From contig CAZKFZ010000006.1 of NCBI GenBank assembly GCA_964552475.1, positions 27-64,026 on the forward strand: 64,000 nt of DNA, written 5' to 3'. The translations under genes were made by a program, and so were the position numbers. This DNA comes from an uncultured Candidatus Saccharibacteria bacterium. Its GTDB lineage: Bacteria; Patescibacteriota; Saccharimonadia; CAILAD01; BJGX01. Numbering within the stretch: the stretch's first letter is position 1; every line of letters begins with the position of its first letter. Below the pieces are notes generated by a model that did not search any database, was not told the DNA's origin, and saw only the letters and a program-made list of their open reading frames with translations. Below, in pieces: positions 59,521-64,000 of the stretch.

Positions 59521-60728
59521 AAATCACAAAGCTGATTGCTACCGAAGTATTAGATTCACGTGGTGAGCCCACTATAGAAATAAGTATGTATTGCAATGAT
59601 ATTCAAGAAACTTTTGGAGTACCGGCAGGTGCTAGTACTGGCAAAAACGAAGCCCACGAGCTTCGTGATGGTGGTGAAAGATATGAAGGTAAAGGTGTAA
59701 AAAGTGCTATCAAAAAGATATTAGAAATTACCCCAAAGATTATTAATTTATCTCTCAGCAACCAAGAAGCTTTTGATAGTCTACTGATAGACTTAGATGG
59801 CACACCAAATAAGTCAAATCTTGGTGGAAATGTAATAGTTGGACTAAGCTTGGCCTACGCCCAATTAACAGCTAGAGTCAACCAACTGCCATTATGGCAA
59901 TATTTGGCCCAACACTATGCTACAACCCCCAACCTTCCTAAGCTCTACGCCAACCTCGTAAATGGTGGCAAACACGCCCCTGGCCTAGACATACAAGAAT
60001 TTATGATTGTACCCAAAACCATTAGTATTGAAGATAACATTGAAAAGATACATGGCTTCAGAACTTTACTATCTCAAACCCTAACACAAGAATTTGGTGA
60101 AGGTGCCAAACTTGTGGGTGACGAAGGTGGTTTCGCTCCTGCTGGTGCTACTGCCGAACAAATTTTAGATTTGTACCAACTCACAAACAACAAAATGAAT
60201 AACTATTTTGATTTCGCCTTAGACGCAGCAGCAAGTTCATTTTACAAAGACGGTAACTACATATATGAAAAAAGTATACTAACATCTAAACAGTTGTCTG
60301 ATCTATATAATAATTACAACAATAAGTATGGCCTTCTCTCTTTGGAAGATCCTTTTTCTGAAGATGACATAAAAGCATGGGAAGAGCTTTCTAAAACTGA
60401 TCATTCTTTTTTCGTGGTTGGCGACGACCTAACTGTAACCAACTCTGTTTATACAGAAAAATACTCCAAGCAAAAAATAATTGATGGAGTTATTATTAAA
60501 CCCAACCAAATAGGCACACTCACCGAAACTATGCAAACTGTAAAGGTGGCGAATACAAACAACATAAAGGTAATAGTAAGCCATCGCAGTGGCGAAACAA
60601 TGAGTACGTTTATAAGTGACTTGGCTTATGCAGCTGGAGCGTATGGAATAAAAATTGGTGCTCCAGTGAGGGGTGAGCGGGTCGCTAAGTATGATAGGTT
60701 CTTAGAAATAGTAAAGGAGGTAAAATGA
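59517..60728 (+). CDS. eno: enolase
   Basis: EVLDSRGEPTIE, VPAGASTGKNEAHELRD and GDDLTVTN enolase signatures. Start overlaps the glycerate kinase stop (GTGA). Confidence 0.8.
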   Translation: MKITKLIATEVLDSRGEPTIEISMYCNDIQETFGVPAGASTGKNEAHELRDGGERYEGKGVKSAIKKILEITPKIINLSLSNQEAFDSLLIDLDGTPNKSNLGGNVIVGLSLAYAQLTARVNQLPLWQYLAQHYATTPNLPKLYANLVNGGKHAPGLDIQEFMIVPKTISIEDNIEKIHGFRTLLSQTLTQEFGEGAKLVGDEGGFAPAGATAEQILDLYQLTNNKMNNYFDFALDAAASSFYKDGNYIYEKSILTSKQLSDLYNNYNNKYGLLSLEDPFSEDDIKAWEELSKTDHSFFVVGDDLTVTNSVYTEKYSKQKIIDGVIIKPNQIGTLTETMQTVKVANTNNIKVIVSHRSGETMSTFISDLAYAAGAYGIKIGAPVRGERVAKYDRFLEIVKEVK

Positions 60729-61729
60729 AAGTAGCACTATTTGACGTTGATCAAAATGAAACAGGAATATATAAACAGCTATTATCTACTAAAGGAGTAG
60801 TCGACTGTTTTAATGAATCGCTCAACGAAGATTCTATTAAGCTAGCTAGTAATGCCGAGGTGGTATCGGTTTTTGTTACTTCTAAAATATCAGCTAAAAT
60901 GTTTAGCGATTTACCAAAGCTTAAATACATTGTTTGTAGATCTACGGGATACGACAACATAGATATAGAGTCTGCCAAAAAACACGGTATTGTGGTGTGT
61001 AATGTTCCAAACTATGGTGAGCACACAGTCGCAGAGTACGCCTTTGCCCTACTACTAACGGTTACGAGAAGAATACAAGAATCATCTAAGCAAGTTAGTC
61101 AGGGGCAGATTGACCACACCAAGCTGGTTGGGACCGACTTAGCTAGCTCTACTCTTGGAGTGGTAGGAGCAGGTAGAATTGGTCAACGAGTGATTAAAAT
61201 AGCTCGTGGTTTTGAAATGAACGTGGTAGCCTACGACCCCTACCCCAAGCCAGAAGTTGCCAAAACGCTCGGCTTTGAATATTTAGAACTTGACGATCTT
61301 TTTGCCAAGGCCGACGTAGTGACCCTACACGTGCCAGGCGGTAAAAATAATGAAAAGTTAATCAATAAAAATTCTCTTAGCAAATTTAAAGATGGCGCAA
61401 TACTAATAAACACAGCTCGGGGTGATTTAGTAGATAATCTTGCACTTATTGAAGCTCTGCAGAGCGGTCAGTTAGCTGGTGCTGGCCTGGATGTTCTTGA
61501 CGGCGAAGCGATGATAGACATTGACCACGAAACTGCCTTACTACAAAAACCTACTATCAAAGATCTCAAACTATCTGCAGAGCTTGATATATTAGAGAAA
61601 ATGCCCAACGTTATTATTAGCCCGCACAACGCCTACAATACCCGTCAGGCACTGCAAAGAATTAGACAATCAACCGTAGAAACTATAATTGGTTTTGAGA
61701 GTTCCAAAGTTCAAAACCAAGTCAATTAA
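60725..61729 (+). CDS. D-isomer-specific 2-hydroxyacid dehydrogenase (glycerate dehydrogenase / hydroxypyruvate reductase-like)
   Basis: NAD-binding GVVGAGRIGQ and catalytic-region motifs. Start overlaps the enolase stop (ATGA). Confidence 0.7.
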   Translation: MKVALFDVDQNETGIYKQLLSTKGVVDCFNESLNEDSIKLASNAEVVSVFVTSKISAKMFSDLPKLKYIVCRSTGYDNIDIESAKKHGIVVCNVPNYGEHTVAEYAFALLLTVTRRIQESSKQVSQGQIDHTKLVGTDLASSTLGVVGAGRIGQRVIKIARGFEMNVVAYDPYPKPEVAKTLGFEYLELDDLFAKADVVTLHVPGGKNNEKLINKNSLSKFKDGAILINTARGDLVDNLALIEALQSGQLAGAGLDVLDGEAMIDIDHETALLQKPTIKDLKLSAELDILEKMPNVIISPHNAYNTRQALQRIRQSTVETIIGFESSKVQNQVN

Positions 61730-61879
61730 TTATTTCAATTCTTTTGATATTTTTCTATAGCAAACTTTACATAAGTGAAATTTCTTCACCTCATTTTTTG
61801 TGTTTGGTGGGCTAAGTAGAATTCCACCAAACTCAATTAGTTCCTTACCGCACTTGTCGCATTTAGGTTTTATTGTCAT
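61730..61879 (-). CDS. unannotated 49-aa zinc-ribbon protein
   Basis: MTIKPKCDKCGKELIEFGG...FHLCKVCYRK: two CxxC pairs. No strong Shine-Dalgarno. Below the ORF-track cut-off. Confidence 0.3.
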   Translation of the reverse strand: MTIKPKCDKCGKELIEFGGILLSPPNTKNEVKKFHLCKVCYRKISKELK

Positions 61880-61979
61880 TGCTTAATACTAGCATATAAA
61901 TATGATATTTATGCTTGACAACCAATAGATACTTCTATAGATTTATAAGGCACACATATGTACCTACATAAGGAGCGTC

Positions 61980-62354
61980 ATGCACGAGGATCAATGCGAC
62001 CCCGTAGTATTTAGAGATGGTGAATCAATAGCTGTTCTAGAAGAAGGAAGGCTTCAGCCACAAGCCGTAACCGACTGGCTGAAAGAAGTTTCTAAGTTGG
62101 CCAATGCCACACTCGACTGGCACTATAGCGGTGGTTGGGCACACGTTTTGCACCTAGGTGATTCTGAAAGCCGCGAACGTGCCGAAAAAGCCCTAAGAAG
62201 CTTTAGCGGTAAACACGGCATAGTGTTGGTTAGAATTATACCTAGTGGATCACCAGGACTCTTCCGTGCAGGAGTCACTTCTGTCCCCGAAGGCACTACC
62301 GCCGTTGCATATGATGGTGGAGATGGCTCTACGGTATTTGTTGAGAATATTTAA
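61980..62354 (+). CDS. hypothetical protein, GC-rich ORFan
   Basis: 124-aa ORF; no motif. Confidence 0.3.
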   Translation: MHEDQCDPVVFRDGESIAVLEEGRLQPQAVTDWLKEVSKLANATLDWHYSGGWAHVLHLGDSESRERAEKALRSFSGKHGIVLVRIIPSGSPGLFRAGVTSVPEGTTAVAYDGGDGSTVFVENI

Positions 62355-62395
62355 TTGTACACAAACCTATTTTAGATAAAGTAGGTTTTTTATTT

Positions 62396-63412
62396 TTACG
62401 ATCTTGCACAATTACTGTAGCCTTGGTCAAGTACCTGGCCAGTAGTGGTATTAAATCTCCAATTATAGCTGTTATATCCAAGTGATAGTTGTAAATAACC
62501 AAAATTAGTGTTATCAAAAAACTCACTATTGGGCTTAGTGGCAACTTTTTTATACAGATCTTTACCACCCGTTCCAACAGTAAATTGTCTTATACTATTG
62601 GCGTTGGCTTGGCTAAGACTGTTTTGTGGAGCAAATCTCTCATAAACATGGTCGTGCCCATTTAGTACCAAAGATGTCTTATGGGCATCTAGTAATGAAT
62701 AAATGCTTACCATTCTAGATGTCTCCTCGGGCTGTGCGCCATGCTCGGATGAGCTAACAATAGGATGATGCCAAAACGCCAACTTGCAGTTATTCTTATC
62801 TTTGGCAAGCTCGGCCTCTAGCCAAGTATACTCTGGGCTACCAGGCTCACAACCACCAATGTTTTTACAGTTAGAGTTAAGTGAGTACAAAGACCAACTG
62901 CCTACACTTGTTTTATAAAATCCTTGAGTCCTACTCCCAGCTATACCGCTATCTACATTAACTCCATTGAAATAATCAAAATATCCACTCGCACCTTTGG
63001 TTTCGTACTCATGATTGCCTGGTGCTGGCAAGAAGTACGGCATTAACCCGCCCCAGTTTTTGTTAAAGGCTTGTTGAAATTTGGTTAGATTGCCGTTGTC
63101 GTATTGAATATCACCTAACAGTAGTATTTTCTCTGCACCAGCGGCGCTAATAGCACTAGCTACTTTGGTATCTTGGCATTTTATAGGATTTTCTCCGCCA
63201 GCGTACTGACTGGTAGGATCGCAACTAATATCACCCACCGCAACAACTATCTTGGGAATATAAATATTCACCGGCTGTATTTTGGCTGCAATAACAAATT
63301 TTGGCCTACCACATACATAGTATGCAGCGGTAGCATAAGCTATGATTACAAAAATTGCTAGCAAAACAAAGGTAAATATAAATCTAGGGTTTGAACGCTT
63401 ATGGTGTTTCAT
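62396..63412 (-). CDS. membrane-anchored calcineurin-like metallophosphoesterase (purple-acid-phosphatase-like)
   Basis: GDISCD, GDIQYDNG, GNHEY and GHDHVYERF motifs; N-terminal TM. Confidence 0.7.
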   Translation of the reverse strand: MKHHKRSNPRFIFTFVLLAIFVIIAYATAAYYVCGRPKFVIAAKIQPVNIYIPKIVVAVGDISCDPTSQYAGGENPIKCQDTKVASAISAAGAEKILLLGDIQYDNGNLTKFQQAFNKNWGGLMPYFLPAPGNHEYETKGASGYFDYFNGVNVDSGIAGSRTQGFYKTSVGSWSLYSLNSNCKNIGGCEPGSPEYTWLEAELAKDKNNCKLAFWHHPIVSSSEHGAQPEETSRMVSIYSLLDAHKTSLVLNGHDHVYERFAPQNSLSQANANSIRQFTVGTGGKDLYKKVATKPNSEFFDNTNFGYLQLSLGYNSYNWRFNTTTGQVLDQGYSNCARS

Positions 63413-63458
63413 TATCTAAATTATAGCCCATATTAAGAATTTTTAAGTAGTATTGTTC

Positions 63459-63995
63459 TTAAGATAGACTGAGGTCTTTGGCGGTGTATCTCCACACAGC
63501 CAATGCGACAAGTAAGATGCATGTCGCTAAAATCGCTAATACATACCACCAGTCAGTGCTACTAAACCTAAGTCCTGCTATTTCGGTTTGAAACATAAAG
63601 TAAGGCGATAGGTATTTAAGTTTTTCTAATTTGGGTAATAGTTCCGCAGCAATACCGGCTAGATAGCTAGCAAAAAATATCGATACAACAACTAGTGTAC
63701 TTTTAGATGAGCGTTTAGAAATAGCTGCAAGAGAAAATGCTAGCGTACCAAATAGTAAATACTCCAAAAAAACCTTGAAAAATAGTCTCAACATTTCGCC
63801 AAAGTACGATACTTTGTCGGCATTAAACACATAGACCGATACATAACCTACTAATAGTAAGGCCAGACTAAAGAGTATTAAATAAGTAACCAACACCTTG
63901 TATTTAGCGAGTATTATATAGCCTTTACTAATAGGTTTGGTTGCTAAATAGTCTATGTAAGTGATGCAATAGGTGTAGATATTATTAATACTCAA
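63459..63995 (-). CDS. polytopic membrane protein (ABC-2-type permease-like), hypothetical
   Basis: 178 aa with 5-6 hydrophobic helices. Confidence 0.3.
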   Translation of the reverse strand: MSINNIYTYCITYIDYLATKPISKGYIILAKYKVLVTYLILFSLALLLVGYVSVYVFNADKVSYFGEMLRLFFKVFLEYLLFGTLAFSLAAISKRSSKSTLVVVSIFFASYLAGIAAELLPKLEKLKYLSPYFMFQTEIAGLRFSSTDWWYVLAILATCILLVALAVWRYTAKDLSLS

Positions 63996-64000
63996 ACAGA

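Noticed and set aside
1-64000. Alternative genetic code (UGA=Gly as in Gracilibacteria/Absconditabacteria) or CRISPR arrays
   Set aside because: Well-conserved genes terminate at TGA and TAA, and ATGA/GTGA overlaps use TGA as a stop. No short direct-repeat/spacer arrays were seen on either strand.

Overview
This window reads as a low-GC, gene-dense bacterial chromosome segment. It carries a Gram-positive-like cell-surface apparatus (sortase and LAxTG sorting signals), so it resembles a Saccharibacteria/CPR-type or small Firmicute-like genome. Standard genetic code is in use: TGA and TAA both terminate ORFs, and ATGA/GTGA overlaps couple adjacent genes.

The housekeeping backbone is clear. Genes on the minus strand are trmB-like regulator, holA, mutM, cca, polA, the dnaG-rpoD pair, lepA-murJ, ftsH-tilS, a two-component system and trehalase. 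Genes on the plus strand are rpsT, lexA, and a glycerate-kinase / enolase / 2-hydroxyacid-dehydrogenase operon. Three different tRNA(CAU) genes are present: elongator Met, initiator fMet and a probable Ile2.

Several accessory or atypical segments are interleaved with this backbone:
- A visibly GC-richer islet (6.27-8.2 kb) encodes a Cys-rich protein, a REC-like protein and a Fic-motif protein.
- An extremely AT-rich block (17.9-20.7 kb) encodes a HAD-motif 650-aa protein and a sulfotransferase-like protein. Next to it is a 919-aa protein with two Rossmann motifs.
- A 14-kb cell-surface locus (33.8-47.9 kb) contains two right-handed beta-helix proteins and one beta-propeller/Ig-repeat protein, all with C-terminal sorting signals, and a sortase with an unusually long cytoplasmic N-terminus.
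- Embedded in that locus is the most unusual region. The tRNA-fMet gene is followed by two tandem partial copies of its 3' end. A 1.7-kb mostly non-coding stretch then holds two paralogous ~0.5-kb elements bounded by nested imperfect inverted repeats with apparent compensatory substitutions. I read these as candidate undescribed structured RNAs, or alternatively MITE-like elements.

Other notable points are an alpha/beta-hydrolase gene interrupted by an in-frame TAA, a GTTC-N7-GTTC direct repeat inside the lexA promoter, a cpxP-like gene divergent from the two-component system, and several small GC-rich ORFans.
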